A stretch of 64,000 bases of DNA. Origin: a bacterium. Its GTDB lineage: Bacteria > Hydrothermota > 32-111. The notes under the pieces were generated by a model. It made no database searches. It saw nothing but the letters and a program-made list of their open reading frames with translations, and was not told where the DNA came from. The DNA lies in the NCBI GenBank assembly GCA_046484245.1, contig JAWOBN010000073.1:1-64000 (forward strand). Reading direction: 5' to 3'. Shown one piece after another: positions 11,725 through 21,765 of the stretch (the first letter of the stretch is position 1; each line of letters starts with the position of its first letter). Made by a program: the position numbers and the translations under genes.

Positions 11725-12105
11725 TTGGCTCGAATATCAGGTGTTGATTTACCTAATAATAAAAGAGTGGAAATTGCCCTTACATATATCTATGGTATAG
11801 GTCATACAAGTTCCCTCAGGATCCTTGAGAAGATAGAAGTTGATAAATCAAAGAAGATCAATGAACTTAATGATGATGAAATAGAAAAGATCAGAAAAGA
11901 AATTGACGAGAATTACAAGGTTGAAGGGACTCTGAAGGCTTCTGTAAAAGAGGATATAAAGAGATTGAAGGAAATTAACTGTTACAGGGGACAGAGACAC
12001 AGAAAGGGACTTCCTGTAAGAGGTCAGAGAACCAAGACCAATGCAAGAACAAGAAAGGGACCGTCAAGGGGTTCTATTGCATTGAAGAAACAAGTCACGA
12101 AGTAA
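11725..12105 (+). CDS. rpsM: 30S ribosomal protein S13 (TTG start)
   Basis: [36 protein letters not shown]. Confidence 0.99.
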   Translation: MARISGVDLPNNKRVEIALTYIYGIGHTSSLRILEKIEVDKSKKINELNDDEIEKIRKEIDENYKVEGTLKASVKEDIKRLKEINCYRGQRHRKGLPVRGQRTKTNARTRKGPSRGSIALKKQVTK

Positions 12106-12117
12106 AAGGAGGCCTAA

Positions 12118-12522
12118 GTGGCATCAGTAAAAAGCAGAAAGAAGAAAGGAACCAAGAGAAGACAGAAGAGAAAGGCGCCTGCAGAGGGTATAGCACATAT
12201 TCATGCAACTTTCTCCAATACAATAATTACTATAACAGACAAAGAAGGTAATGTTGTAACCTGGTCCAGCTCAGGCAATGTCGGATACAGAGGTTCAAGG
12301 AAATCCACTCCTTTTGCAGCAAAGATTGCAGCAGAGAAAGCAGGAAAGACAGCCCTCAATATGGGAATGAAGACACTGGAAGTCTGGATGAAGGGTCCCG
12401 GCGGAGGACGTGAAACCGCAACAAGAGCATTGAACAGCCTCGGCTTCAAGATCACTTCACTGAAGGATGTGACACCATTGCCTCACAATGGCTGCAGACC
12501 ACCTAAAAAGAAAAGGAATTAA
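12118..12522 (+). CDS. rpsK: 30S ribosomal protein S11 (GTG start)
   Basis: [30 protein letters not shown]. Confidence 0.99.
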   Translation: MASVKSRKKKGTKRRQKRKAPAEGIAHIHATFSNTIITITDKEGNVVTWSSSGNVGYRGSRKSTPFAAKIAAEKAGKTALNMGMKTLEVWMKGPGGGRETATRALNSLGFKITSLKDVTPLPHNGCRPPKKKRN

Positions 12523-12534
12523 GGAGGAATCGGA

Positions 12535-13161
12535 ATGGCTAGGCATATAGAATCAAAATGCAAGCTCTGCAGAAGAGAAGGAATGAAATTGTTTCTCAAG
12601 GGAGACAGATGTCTGTCGGATAAATGCGCAATTGAAAGAGGAAGAAAGACCCCGGGAGAACCTCCGAAAAAATTCAGGAGAAGAATGTCCGGATATGCTG
12701 TGCAGCTCAGGGAAAAACAGAAAGTCAAGAGATTATACGGCATATATGAGAGACAGTTCAGGAATTATTATGATATGTCATCCCGCAAGAAGGGAGTGAC
12801 AGGCGAAATGCTCCTTCAGTATCTTGAAAGACGGCTTGACAATGTTGTCTACAGGCTGAATTTTGCAGCCTCAAGATCTGCATCCCGTCAACTGGTCAAT
12901 CACGGACATATTTTTGTGAATGGCAGGAAAGTTGATATTGCCTCATATCTTGTTAAAGAAAATGATGAAATAGAAGTACGCGAAAAATCAAAGAAACTCA
13001 ATGCAATCACATTGTCAATGCAGAAGGGCGAAGGTCAAATACCTGAGTGGCTTGAACTGGATATGCCTAAATTAAAGGCAAAGGTCAGACAGATGCCGGC
13101 CCGTGCAGATATCGGTTATGATATCAATGAACAGTTGATTGTTGAGTTGTATTCTAAATAA
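12535..13161 (+). CDS. rpsD: 30S ribosomal protein S4
   Basis: CKLCRREG, QLREKQK, LERRLDNVVYR, LIVELYSK. Confidence 0.99.
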   Translation: MARHIESKCKLCRREGMKLFLKGDRCLSDKCAIERGRKTPGEPPKKFRRRMSGYAVQLREKQKVKRLYGIYERQFRNYYDMSSRKKGVTGEMLLQYLERRLDNVVYRLNFAASRSASRQLVNHGHIFVNGRKVDIASYLVKENDEIEVREKSKKLNAITLSMQKGEGQIPEWLELDMPKLKAKVRQMPARADIGYDINEQLIVELYSK

Positions 13162-13184
13162 ACTAAAAACAGAAGAGGTTCTCA

Positions 13185-14165
13185 ATGAAATTAAAACCTT
13201 TTCAGATGCCAAAGGAAATAGAGATTAGAGATACGGATGACAGGACATATGCTGAATTTGTTATCAGTCCTTTTGAAAGGGGATTCGGAACAACACTCGG
13301 CAATGTGTTCAGGAGAATTCTGCTTTCTTCAATACACGGCGTGAGTATCACAAAGATAAAGTTTGATAAAGCATATCATGAATTCTCAACACTTGACGGT
13401 GTAAAAGAGAATGTCACCGATATAATTCTTAATTTCAAGAAGCTGAGAATGAAAATGGATGAGGATACAGACAGCAAGACCGTCGCCATAAAGATATCCG
13501 GTCCCAAGGAAGTGACAGGAGCAGATATTGAAATGCCGGCAGGTATTGAGATAATCAATAAGGATCAGTATCTCTTCACCATAACGAAGAAGACGGATAT
13601 TAAGTTTGAGATGAATGTTGAATGGGGCAGGGGCTATCTGCCTGCACAGTATATTGAAAAAGATAAGACTGTGGGCACCATAGAAATAGATGCATTCTTC
13701 TCCCCCATAAAAAGGGTAACAACCAAGGTTGAGAATACAAGAGTCGGACAGAGAACGGATTATGATAAACTCATAATGGAAATTCTCACAGACGGCACAA
13801 TATCACCCAAGGAAGCCCTTGAAGAGGCAGTTGTCATACTGCAGGGACACATTGAAGTGTTCAATGTCAAGGAACAGGACCTGCCCAAGCGTATGGAAGA
13901 GAGCGAAGATGAAGACATTGTTCAGATGAGGAATCTCATAAATAAGAGGGTTACTGATCTTGAACTCTCAATAAGAGCAAGAAACTGTCTTGAAAACAAT
14001 AATATAATGACACTTGCTGATCTTGTTACAAAGACAAAGGATGAGATGCTCTCATATAAGAATTTCGGAAAACAGTCACTCAATCAGCTTGAGAAGAAGC
14101 TGAATGAACTGGGACTTGAATTCAATATGGATATCTCACCCTATATCAAGAGTGATAATGAATAA
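13185..14165 (+). CDS. rpoA: RNA polymerase alpha subunit
   Basis: PFERGFGTTLGN..RRILLSS, RVGQRTDYDKL, LELSIRARNCL, KNFGKQSL. Confidence 0.99.
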   Translation: MKLKPFQMPKEIEIRDTDDRTYAEFVISPFERGFGTTLGNVFRRILLSSIHGVSITKIKFDKAYHEFSTLDGVKENVTDIILNFKKLRMKMDEDTDSKTVAIKISGPKEVTGADIEMPAGIEIINKDQYLFTITKKTDIKFEMNVEWGRGYLPAQYIEKDKTVGTIEIDAFFSPIKRVTTKVENTRVGQRTDYDKLIMEILTDGTISPKEALEEAVVILQGHIEVFNVKEQDLPKRMEESEDEDIVQMRNLINKRVTDLELSIRARNCLENNNIMTLADLVTKTKDEMLSYKNFGKQSLNQLEKKLNELGLEFNMDISPYIKSDNE

Positions 14166-14175
14166 GGAGTAGAAA

Positions 14176-14562
14176 ATGCGTCATAGAAAGAATAGAGGTA
14201 AACTTGCAAGATCTCCCGAGCACAGAAAGGCGATGCTTAACAATATTGTTTCATCACTCTTTGAGCAGAATATTATAGTAACCACTACACCGAAAGCCAA
14301 AGAGGCAAGGAAACTGGCAGAGAAGTTCATTACAATCGCAAAGAAGGATGACGGGGTCAATGCAAGAAGAAGGATATCAAAGAGCATTCAGTCAAGAAAG
14401 ATAATGAAAAAGCTATTTGATGAAATAGTTCCTCTTTACAAGGACCGTAATGGCGGATATACGAGAGTTGTTCGTATCGGAAACCGCAGAGGGGACGGCA
14501 GCAGTCTTTCTGTTCTGGAACTTGTGGAGAAACCTTCTTCCGGAGAAAAAGAATCTGAATGA
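14176..14562 (+). CDS. rplQ: 50S ribosomal protein L17
   Basis: MRHRK, TTTPKAKE, RNGGYTRV...RRGD. Confidence 0.99.
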   Translation: MRHRKNRGKLARSPEHRKAMLNNIVSSLFEQNIIVTTTPKAKEARKLAEKFITIAKKDDGVNARRRISKSIQSRKIMKKLFDEIVPLYKDRNGGYTRVVRIGNRRGDGSSLSVLELVEKPSSGEKESE

Positions 14563-15695
14563 TAGAGAAAATTAAAAGCCCTTTCCTAAGGGCTTTTATT
14601 TTCCTTCTGATTCCCGTCTCATTATTTGCCTATCAGATAAAAGGCATCTGGATTACAAGATGGGAACTCAATTCACCGGATAATATCAAATTACTGACAG
14701 ATTCACTGCATAAAGCAGGCATTACAGATGCATATGTTCAGGTGTTCGGGTCAGGTGAAGCTTACTATGAGTCAAGCACAGCACCTGTCAAGCACAGTTC
14801 ATTTGATCCCCTGGGGGAATTCATTAAACATTCGGATAAGAGATACAGGATTCATGCCTGGATCAATTTGCTTTATATGTGGGACAGAAGAGAGATGACC
14901 CGAGACAGGAATCATATACTGCGGAAACATCCTGAAGCTGTGCTTAGAGATAATGCCATGAGGTCCATTATGGACTATACGCATGATGATCTGAGGAATA
15001 GAAATATTGAGGGCATATATGTGAGTCCTGCATCAGAGGATGTGAGAAAATTTATCACATCTGTCATAAATGAAATCATGACTCAGTATGATATTGACGG
15101 TATTCATCTGGATTACTGCAGGTATCCCGGTAAGGAATTTGTATATGACAAATATCTGAGGAGCAGGTTCCAGAGTGTTTATCTTGTTGACCCGGCATTA
15201 ATGGACAGTATTGACAGGCGGATATACGGGAATAATATATCTGCTGTAAACTGGGCATGGGGGCAGTTTCCCGCTCAGACACTCACAGGTCTGATAGGGG
15301 ATATAAATGCAGCAGTCAATGAATACAGTGATGATATGATACTTTCTGCATCTGTTATCTCGGATATTATCAGAGCGGGCAATGCGCTTCATCAGTCATG
15401 GTGGGAATGGATAGAGAATGATTATATTGACTATGCTGTAATTATGGCATATTCCCCGTATCTCAGTGTATTGAAGAAACAGATTGAGAATATAAGAAGC
15501 AGGATAGGCCTTGAAAAAATTGTTGTGGGATTGGGCAGTTATAATCAATCCCTGAAAAATGTGAAGTATAATTATGAGATGATCAGTATCTATAATCCCC
15601 TCGGTGCTGCAATATTCTCCAGTAAATCATTAATGGATAAGGAGGGAGGCTTTTCCTATGTCGGAAACTACATATTCTCAAAAGATGCTCAATAG
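14559..15695 (+). CDS. Secreted GHL10/DUF187 (YddW/DigH-like) glycoside hydrolase
   Basis: Hydrophobic N-terminus; KGIWITRW, HAWIN, YDIDGIHLDY-RYP, MAY motifs. Confidence 0.85.
   Translation: MIEKIKSPFLRAFIFLLIPVSLFAYQIKGIWITRWELNSPDNIKLLTDSLHKAGITDAYVQVFGSGEAYYESSTAPVKHSSFDPLGEFIKHSDKRYRIHAWINLLYMWDRREMTRDRNHILRKHPEAVLRDNAMRSIMDYTHDDLRNRNIEGIYVSPASEDVRKFITSVINEIMTQYDIDGIHLDYCRYPGKEFVYDKYLRSRFQSVYLVDPALMDSIDRRIYGNNISAVNWAWGQFPAQTLTGLIGDINAAVNEYSDDMILSASVISDIIRAGNALHQSWWEWIENDYIDYAVIMAYSPYLSVLKKQIENIRSRIGLEKIVVGLGSYNQSLKNVKYNYEMISIYNPLGAAIFSSKSLMDKEGGFSYVGNYIFSKDAQ
14574..14602 (+). terminator. Intrinsic terminator of the alpha operon, lying inside the next CDS
   Basis: AAAAGCCCTT-tcct-AAGGGCTTTT then ATTTT, starting 12 nt after the rplQ stop. 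Confidence 0.75.
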
Positions 15696-16344
15696 CATCA
15701 ATCATATAAAAGACAGTATTGAGAGTAAAGGTTTAAGAAAACCCGTTGAACTGGTTGCTGCTGCAAAATTCCAGTCATTGGAGAAGATTGAAACAGCCTA
15801 TCGCCTGGGTATCCGGCATTTCGGTGAAAACAGGGGGCAGGAAGTAAGGGACAAATCGGACTTCTACACAGGCGGGGATGCAAGGTTATCCTATATCGGC
15901 AAACTCCAGAAGAATAAGGTCAAGTATCTGGTCGGTGTATGTGATCTGATACAATCCATTGATTCCGTCAAAACAGCAAAGTATGTTTCACAGAGATATT
16001 CCCGCGAGGACATGAATATTGATATTCTCATGGAGATAAATATTTCGGGTGAAGAGTCCAAGATCGGGATAATGCCCGATAAGGTCAGAGATACTGTAAA
16101 GGAGCTTCAGACCTTTGATTCATTGACAGTGAGGGGGATTATGACAATCGGCTCATTGACTGATGACATGGATATTGTCAGGAATGATTTCAGGTCCATG
16201 AATCAGATATTTGAAGAACTCTCCGGAGCATTTGAGGATGTCAGTATTTTGTCCATGGGCATGACTGATGATTATGAGATTGCCCTTGAGGAAGGTTCCA
16301 ATATGCTGAGAATAGGAAGATTGATATTCGGGGAGAGGCAGTGA
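15685..16344 (+). CDS. yggS: YggS family PLP-binding protein
   Basis: LVAAAK, HFGEN, IGKLQKNKVK, EINISGEESK, LSMGMTDDYEIALEEGSNMLRIG. Confidence 0.95.
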   Translation: MLNSINHIKDSIESKGLRKPVELVAAAKFQSLEKIETAYRLGIRHFGENRGQEVRDKSDFYTGGDARLSYIGKLQKNKVKYLVGVCDLIQSIDSVKTAKYVSQRYSREDMNIDILMEINISGEESKIGIMPDKVRDTVKELQTFDSLTVRGIMTIGSLTDDMDIVRNDFRSMNQIFEELSGAFEDVSILSMGMTDDYEIALEEGSNMLRIGRLIFGERQ

Positions 16345-17288
16345 TCCATTTCCTCCTCGTATTACTGGGATTTGCTATGCTTATTCTCGGTGCGGACTGG
16401 CTTATAAAGGGCGCAGAGTCCATTGCACTGAAATTCTCCGTTCCGGAAATAATAGTCGGTTTCACAATAGTTTCATTCGGCACATCAGCACCTGAACTCC
16501 TCGTCGGTATATTCGCAGCACTCAAAGGCGCCCCGGATATCACTATAGGCAATGTAATAGGCTCCAATCTATTCAATCTGCTGCCTGTTCTGGGTATTTC
16601 CGCATTGATAATGCCTATTGCCTCTGATCTGAAAGCCCTGAAGAGATATGTGCCTTTCTCAGTACTCATACTTGCCCTTCTTATACTGATGGGTAAGGAT
16701 TATTTTATCGGACAGTCGGGCACTATCGGTATTATAGACGGAGCAGTGCTGCTGACACTCTTTGCACTCTATATGTTCCTCAATATAAAGGTATGGAAGA
16801 GCACTGAAGACATTAAACCGGAACTTGTGACCTTTAATCCCATGCTTGCAGTTATACTGCTTACAGCAGGCATCGGGCTTCTTGCAGCAGGCGGTGAGAT
16901 AACCACAAGAAATGCTGTGGAGATTGCCCGGATATTCAATGTCAGTGAAAAGATGATAGGGCTTACAGTAATTGCAACAGGCACATCACTCCCCGAACTT
17001 ATAACAAGCATTATGGCGGTAATCAAAAGGAAACCGGATATTGCAGTGGGTAATGTCATTGGCTCAAATATATTCAATATCCTTCTCATCCTCGGGGTCA
17101 GCTCTGTCATATCGCCTCTTAAATTCAATCCTGCTCTGAATATTGACATTGTTTTTCTGGGGATTATGTCTCTGTTTATGCTCTTTGCAGTAATGTCAAA
17201 CAAGCGGAAGACTCTCGGCAGAATACCCGGGACAATAATGATAACTGCATTTGTGCTGTACTGGGTCTTTGTCTTCATAAGAAATTAA
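16341..17288 (+). CDS. Calcium/sodium (CaCA family, YrbG-like) antiporter
   Basis: Two alpha repeats: GTSAPEL...GNVIGSN and GTSLPEL...GNVIGSN; about 10 hydrophobic segments. Confidence 0.95.
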   Translation: MIHFLLVLLGFAMLILGADWLIKGAESIALKFSVPEIIVGFTIVSFGTSAPELLVGIFAALKGAPDITIGNVIGSNLFNLLPVLGISALIMPIASDLKALKRYVPFSVLILALLILMGKDYFIGQSGTIGIIDGAVLLTLFALYMFLNIKVWKSTEDIKPELVTFNPMLAVILLTAGIGLLAAGGEITTRNAVEIARIFNVSEKMIGLTVIATGTSLPELITSIMAVIKRKPDIAVGNVIGSNIFNILLILGVSSVISPLKFNPALNIDIVFLGIMSLFMLFAVMSNKRKTLGRIPGTIMITAFVLYWVFVFIRN

Positions 17289-18142
17289 TGCTGCAGGGAT
17301 TTCCTCAGTTCAATGAATTGAGTCATGCGTGAAGTATCAATCACCGAATAGAGTTTCACAGCATCGTCTATCAGCATAATTGATTCCGGAAAGAGCAGTC
17401 TGCCCTCAATGAGATACTCTTCAGCTTTATTGAAAAGCCCCCTGATACCCGCAATATTGAGTTTCAGAGAATAGTAGAAATCATCCTTCCCGTACTTTCT
17501 GAAGAATGAATCCATCTTATTTTCCGCTTCACTGAATTGAGTATTATTCATCAGCTCAATAATATAATTCTTGAACAGTGTCTTGTCCCCGGGGAAGCAG
17601 ATGTGGAGTTTCTCAGCTGCAGCAAGGGATTTCCCGTATTGCTCCTGTCTGCTGTACATGTGGTATTCAACAAGTGTTCTCAGTGTATCATTAATATCCC
17701 CCATCTCTCTTATGATGCTGCCTGCATCTTCCCTGTACAGTGCGAGGAATATTCTCATCTCTTTCTCTTCAAATGAACGGGCAGTATTGATGAATCTGAT
17801 AGAATCAAAATCAGAGCTCAGTTCCATGGTGAAATTGCTGAAGGAAGTTTCATTCCTGTGAAATACAGTGGAACTGTCTGTTATGAAGATAAAATGATCT
17901 GCAGTATGATCCCACTTGTGGGGACCTGTGTATAGATCAAGTGAAAGATCGGAATTGACGGAAGTGATGAAATAGGCATTATCAATGTCCTGCCGGGGGA
18001 TTGACAGGGGGATGCTGCTCTGAACCGCAAAACTCTTTTCAGGCAGGTAATTATTGTTGTACAATGTGATATAGAATATATCACCAAAGAGCAGTAGTGA
18101 AGCTATCAGACTGATAAGGGAATAGAACAGTTTTAATATCAT
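17285..18142 (-). CDS. Hypothetical membrane-anchored protein with helical (TPR-like) C-terminus
   Basis: 285-aa ORF, N-terminal hydrophobic segment, ATGA overlap with the upstream gene; AE/KAE..L..G..P helical pattern. Confidence 0.65.
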   Translation of the reverse strand: MILKLFYSLISLIASLLLFGDIFYITLYNNNYLPEKSFAVQSSIPLSIPRQDIDNAYFITSVNSDLSLDLYTGPHKWDHTADHFIFITDSSTVFHRNETSFSNFTMELSSDFDSIRFINTARSFEEKEMRIFLALYREDAGSIIREMGDINDTLRTLVEYHMYSRQEQYGKSLAAAEKLHICFPGDKTLFKNYIIELMNNTQFSEAENKMDSFFRKYGKDDFYYSLKLNIAGIRGLFNKAEEYLIEGRLLFPESIMLIDDAVKLYSVIDTSRMTQFIELRKSLQH

Positions 18143-19680
18143 TTACTGAGGTTTTTGAGGTATTTCTTGTTTACCTTGTAACCGAACTGCATCAATTCTT
18201 CAATGAAGAAATCCGCCATCTCTTCTCCTTTGAGGTTATGCCTTTCCCTTATCTTTTCAAATTCCGGTTCAGTGTTGAAACCGTCCAGTTCAAAAATTGA
18301 TTCAAAGGGATCAAATATCAATGAATCAAGCATAATCCATGAGTCACTTCTCAACATGGACCGGGGTTCAATCAATTGATACTTTTCAACAGATTCTTCC
18401 CATAATTTATCCGGATCAGCATCAGGGAATTTATACAACTTCATCTCAAATTCGGCTTTTGCCAGATGAAACCTTATGTGTATATACTGATTCAGGTTAT
18501 AATAATTCGTGATATTCTCAAGTATCTCATCATACTCCTCATCATACTGGGCTATTATCTTTGCAATGTAGCCCTCAGTGAGAGCATATTTTGTCATGAA
18601 CATTGTAAATGCCTCAACAATCCCTCTTGCCGGCAATTCCTTGAGAATAAAGGGAATCCTGCTGCTCATATTCATTGTGAAGAAGACACAGCTTACTGTC
18701 CTGAGCAGGGAATACACACCCCTGAAATTGGATTTTGAATTGGCAGAGAATCTCACATCACCGTTTCTGTCCATATCTATTATTACCGGATTCTGATATT
18801 TGCCGGGTCTGATGTAGAGATCGGAGAATTCATATATACTGTCCATATTAATGCCGAGCATTGAGTAGAATTTCTTGACAGCATATGCAATGTCTTTGCC
18901 CTTGAACATAACATTGACACTTTCATCCATATGCAGGGGATAATATCTGAAGAACGGGTCCCCGTATATATACGACGGTGTGATCTTGGACCGGGAATTG
19001 AATTTTCTCACAAGCTGGTCATCAAGGTCCTTCTTGATATTCTTATATTCAGTCAATGTGCTTTTGTCCGCCTTATTGATGATCCGTTTTACCTTTCTTG
19101 TATTTAATCCTTTGCCCTTTGTGAAAAATGTATAGTAATTATCATAACCCTTGATGCGTGCATATTCATTTCTTATACTGATCAATTTATGCATTGGTTT
19201 CTTGAAATGTTTGACCGGTTTATAGAAATAGTCCTTCTGCAGAATCTTGATCCTCTGCAGAGAAGTCCTCCTCTGAAGTAGGTCTGCAAGATGATTGGTT
19301 GTGCAGTCCTTGCTGTTGTACTGAACCCTCGTGTTTATGATATCGCGCATCACCCCTTTCTCTGTCTCAATCAGTTCATCAGTGACATCATCCTCCTTTT
19401 CATAATCTGCTTTGATATCACGCATCCTGTTTACAATGGATTTCTCTATTTCAGAAAAATCAGACTTCTTTTTCCTTGACTCCTTGATCAGCATCGGGAT
19501 ATTCTGATTATATGTGTAATAATTGACAAGCTCTTTGAGTATTAAAATAAGCTGATTATAATTTTCCGATGTGGCATTGGTAATAAAATTCCACTGAACC
19601 TTATTCAGTTTTACTGTCAGCTCTTCTATTGTATCAGTTGTTTCCTTGAATATATCTATCAATTTCTGATCCATGTTCAA
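18139..19680 (-). CDS. M3/M2-type zinc peptidase homologue lacking HExxH (probable pseudopeptidase)
   Basis: RNEYARIKGYDNYY, YGDPFF, SDLYIRPGK, DMDRNGDVR, FEMKLY..PD.D...LW...VEKYQ; RTVSC at the HExxH position; GAGGAG RBS. Confidence 0.75.
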   Translation of the reverse strand: MNMDQKLIDIFKETTDTIEELTVKLNKVQWNFITNATSENYNQLILILKELVNYYTYNQNIPMLIKESRKKKSDFSEIEKSIVNRMRDIKADYEKEDDVTDELIETEKGVMRDIINTRVQYNSKDCTTNHLADLLQRRTSLQRIKILQKDYFYKPVKHFKKPMHKLISIRNEYARIKGYDNYYTFFTKGKGLNTRKVKRIINKADKSTLTEYKNIKKDLDDQLVRKFNSRSKITPSYIYGDPFFRYYPLHMDESVNVMFKGKDIAYAVKKFYSMLGINMDSIYEFSDLYIRPGKYQNPVIIDMDRNGDVRFSANSKSNFRGVYSLLRTVSCVFFTMNMSSRIPFILKELPARGIVEAFTMFMTKYALTEGYIAKIIAQYDEEYDEILENITNYYNLNQYIHIRFHLAKAEFEMKLYKFPDADPDKLWEESVEKYQLIEPRSMLRSDSWIMLDSLIFDPFESIFELDGFNTEPEFEKIRERHNLKGEEMADFFIEELMQFGYKVNKKYLKNLSK

Positions 19681-19703
19681 CTCCTCTTATTGTTATTTAT
19701 TCT

Positions 19704-19731
19704 ATTGTACTGAAAAAACAAAAAAATGCAA
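19704..19731 (-). promoter_or_regulatory. Sigma70-like promoter TTGCAT-N16-TACAAT
   Basis: Read on minus strand upstream of 19680. Confidence 0.6.
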
Positions 19732-19789
19732 GAAATTTTCGTAAGATTAACAATAGCGTAGCTTAAAAATATATGCTCAATGGAGACAG

Positions 19790-19817
19790 TTGACAATTGA
19801 AAATTGGACATTATTAT
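19790..19817 (+). promoter_or_regulatory. Sigma70-like promoter TTGACA-N16-TATTAT (7 nt before ATG 19825)
   Basis: Direct reading; an overlapping TATAAT lies at 19815-19820. Confidence 0.55.
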
Positions 19818-19824
19818 AATCAAT

Positions 19825-20757
19825 ATGGATATAAAGAATATGTTGACGAGGAATCTCTATTTGAAGATAATAGCTCTGGTGATTGCTGTTATAATCTGGT
19901 TCAATGCTGTTATCAACAGAACTGTTCAGATTGAGAGACCTATTGATGTTAATATATATGCTCTTCCTGATTCAATGGCTTTCACGGATATATCAGACAG
20001 TGAGATTGATGTGCTGATGGAGGGAAGATCCAGTGAATTCATATCAATGAAACTCTTTAACAGATTCCCTGTTATTGAGATTAATATGTCCGAATACGAA
20101 TCTGCTGATAACAGTTATACAATTGATATTGACAAGTCAATGTTCAACCTGCTTCCTGAAAGTAATATTGAAATTCTGAAAATTGAGGACAAGAGTATAA
20201 GATTCACCATTGATTCTCTCAGAAGCAAAGAGATCCCTGTTGTTCCCAGGACAGAGAATACACCTGCTGAGAATTACACTATATCAAGCAGGGTGACAAC
20301 AAAGCCTTCCCGCGTAGAAATAAGAGGAGGCAGGAGCAAGATAGAACCCGTCAATTATATTGAGACTGAGAAGATTGACCTCAGCGGATTATCATCTGAT
20401 TATTCAAAAAATGTCCCTCTGAGCATCAAGGAATCATTTGTTGAGGTTGAACCCCGGTCTGTTTTGGTTAATATGCGAATTGAAAAACTCAGGAGCAAGG
20501 TGTTCACGGATGTCCCTGTTACCTATCTCAATTATCCCGTTAATATAGATATTGACTCCATAACACAGTCAGTTGATATTGAGATCAGGGGTCCTTCCGG
20601 AATTGTTCAAGAACTTCATTCAGGTGAATTCACCCCAATAATTGACCTTTCAGGTATCCGGGGACCCGGTACATTCAAATATCCTGTGACAATTGACAGG
20701 GAAAGAATAGATGTAATATCAATCAAGCCTGAAACAGTCAGGGTGATTGTGAGATGA
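19825..20757 (+). CDS. CdaR/YbbR-like domain protein
   Basis: N-terminal NLYLKIIALVIAVIIW anchor; repeated YbbR patterns (KEIPVVP, PSRVEIRG, TEKIDLSG, IDLSG..GPG, IKPETVRV); start may be 19825 or 19840. Confidence 0.85.
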   Translation: MDIKNMLTRNLYLKIIALVIAVIIWFNAVINRTVQIERPIDVNIYALPDSMAFTDISDSEIDVLMEGRSSEFISMKLFNRFPVIEINMSEYESADNSYTIDIDKSMFNLLPESNIEILKIEDKSIRFTIDSLRSKEIPVVPRTENTPAENYTISSRVTTKPSRVEIRGGRSKIEPVNYIETEKIDLSGLSSDYSKNVPLSIKESFVEVEPRSVLVNMRIEKLRSKVFTDVPVTYLNYPVNIDIDSITQSVDIEIRGPSGIVQELHSGEFTPIIDLSGIRGPGTFKYPVTIDRERIDVISIKPETVRVIVR

Positions 20758-21755
20758 CCTGTATTATAGGAATAGAAACCTCCTGTGATGAAACAGCTGC
20801 AGCAATTGTAAAAGACGGCAGAGAGATCGTTTCATCTCAAATACATTCGCAATCCGTACATGCTCTTTACGGCGGTGTTGTCCCCGATCTTTCATCAAGG
20901 GAACATGTGAAACTGATTGACCGCATAGTGAACAAGACCCTTCAGAATGCCGGGCTCTCAGCCGGTGAGATTGACGCAGTGGCTGTCAATAACGGCCCGG
21001 GACTGATTCTGTCGCTCATGCCCGGTGTAATGTTCGCCAAGGGATTTGCAATGGCAGCAGGCAAACCGCTTATTTCAATTGATCATATTGAGTCCCATAT
21101 ATATGCCATTGAGTTAAGCAATGACAGAACAGAGTATCCCATGATAGTCCTTGTGGCTTCAGGTGGCCATACAACTCTCTTTGAGGTTGACATTGAGTTC
21201 AATATGCATGTTCTGGGCAGTACAATGGATGATGCTGCAGGTGAGGCCTATGACAAATGCGGCAAGATGCTTGGATTTGATTATCCGGCAGGCCCCCGCA
21301 TTGACAGGGAGTCGGATGACAATGCGGATTTTGCTGATTTCCCTGTCTCCAGATTGAAGGGATATGATTTTTCATACAGTGGTCTCAAGACAGCGGTAAT
21401 GTATTATCTCAGGGATAAAGACAATGAGACATTAAGGAAAAACAGAAATTCAATAGCAGCATCAGTCCAAAAAGCGATAAATGATCAGCTCATTGACCGC
21501 ATATCAAAGGCAGTCAGGAACAGACACATAGAAAATATCGGTATTGCGGGCGGTGTTGCCGCGAATTCCGATCTGAGGAAGAGGCTCGGGCAATATGCTG
21601 ACAGGAGCAATATCAAATTATTCATGCCTGCAAAAAAGCTCTGCACAGATAATGCTGCAGGCACAGCCGGTCTTGCATACAGGAAGTTTCTGAGGGGCGG
21701 GTTTGATGATATGTCAATGGATGTTTATACACAGATCAAGAAACATGTAATATAG
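20754..21755 (+). CDS. tsaD: tRNA N6-adenosine threonylcarbamoyltransferase TsaD
   Basis: GIETSCDET, YGGVVP, HIESH, SGGHT, DDAAGEAYDK, FSYSGLKT, GGVAAN, CTDNA. Confidence 0.98.
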   Translation: MTCIIGIETSCDETAAAIVKDGREIVSSQIHSQSVHALYGGVVPDLSSREHVKLIDRIVNKTLQNAGLSAGEIDAVAVNNGPGLILSLMPGVMFAKGFAMAAGKPLISIDHIESHIYAIELSNDRTEYPMIVLVASGGHTTLFEVDIEFNMHVLGSTMDDAAGEAYDKCGKMLGFDYPAGPRIDRESDDNADFADFPVSRLKGYDFSYSGLKTAVMYYLRDKDNETLRKNRNSIAASVQKAINDQLIDRISKAVRNRHIENIGIAGGVAANSDLRKRLGQYADRSNIKLFMPAKKLCTDNAAGTAGLAYRKFLRGGFDDMSMDVYTQIKKHVI

Positions 21756-21765
21756 AGGGGGTTTT

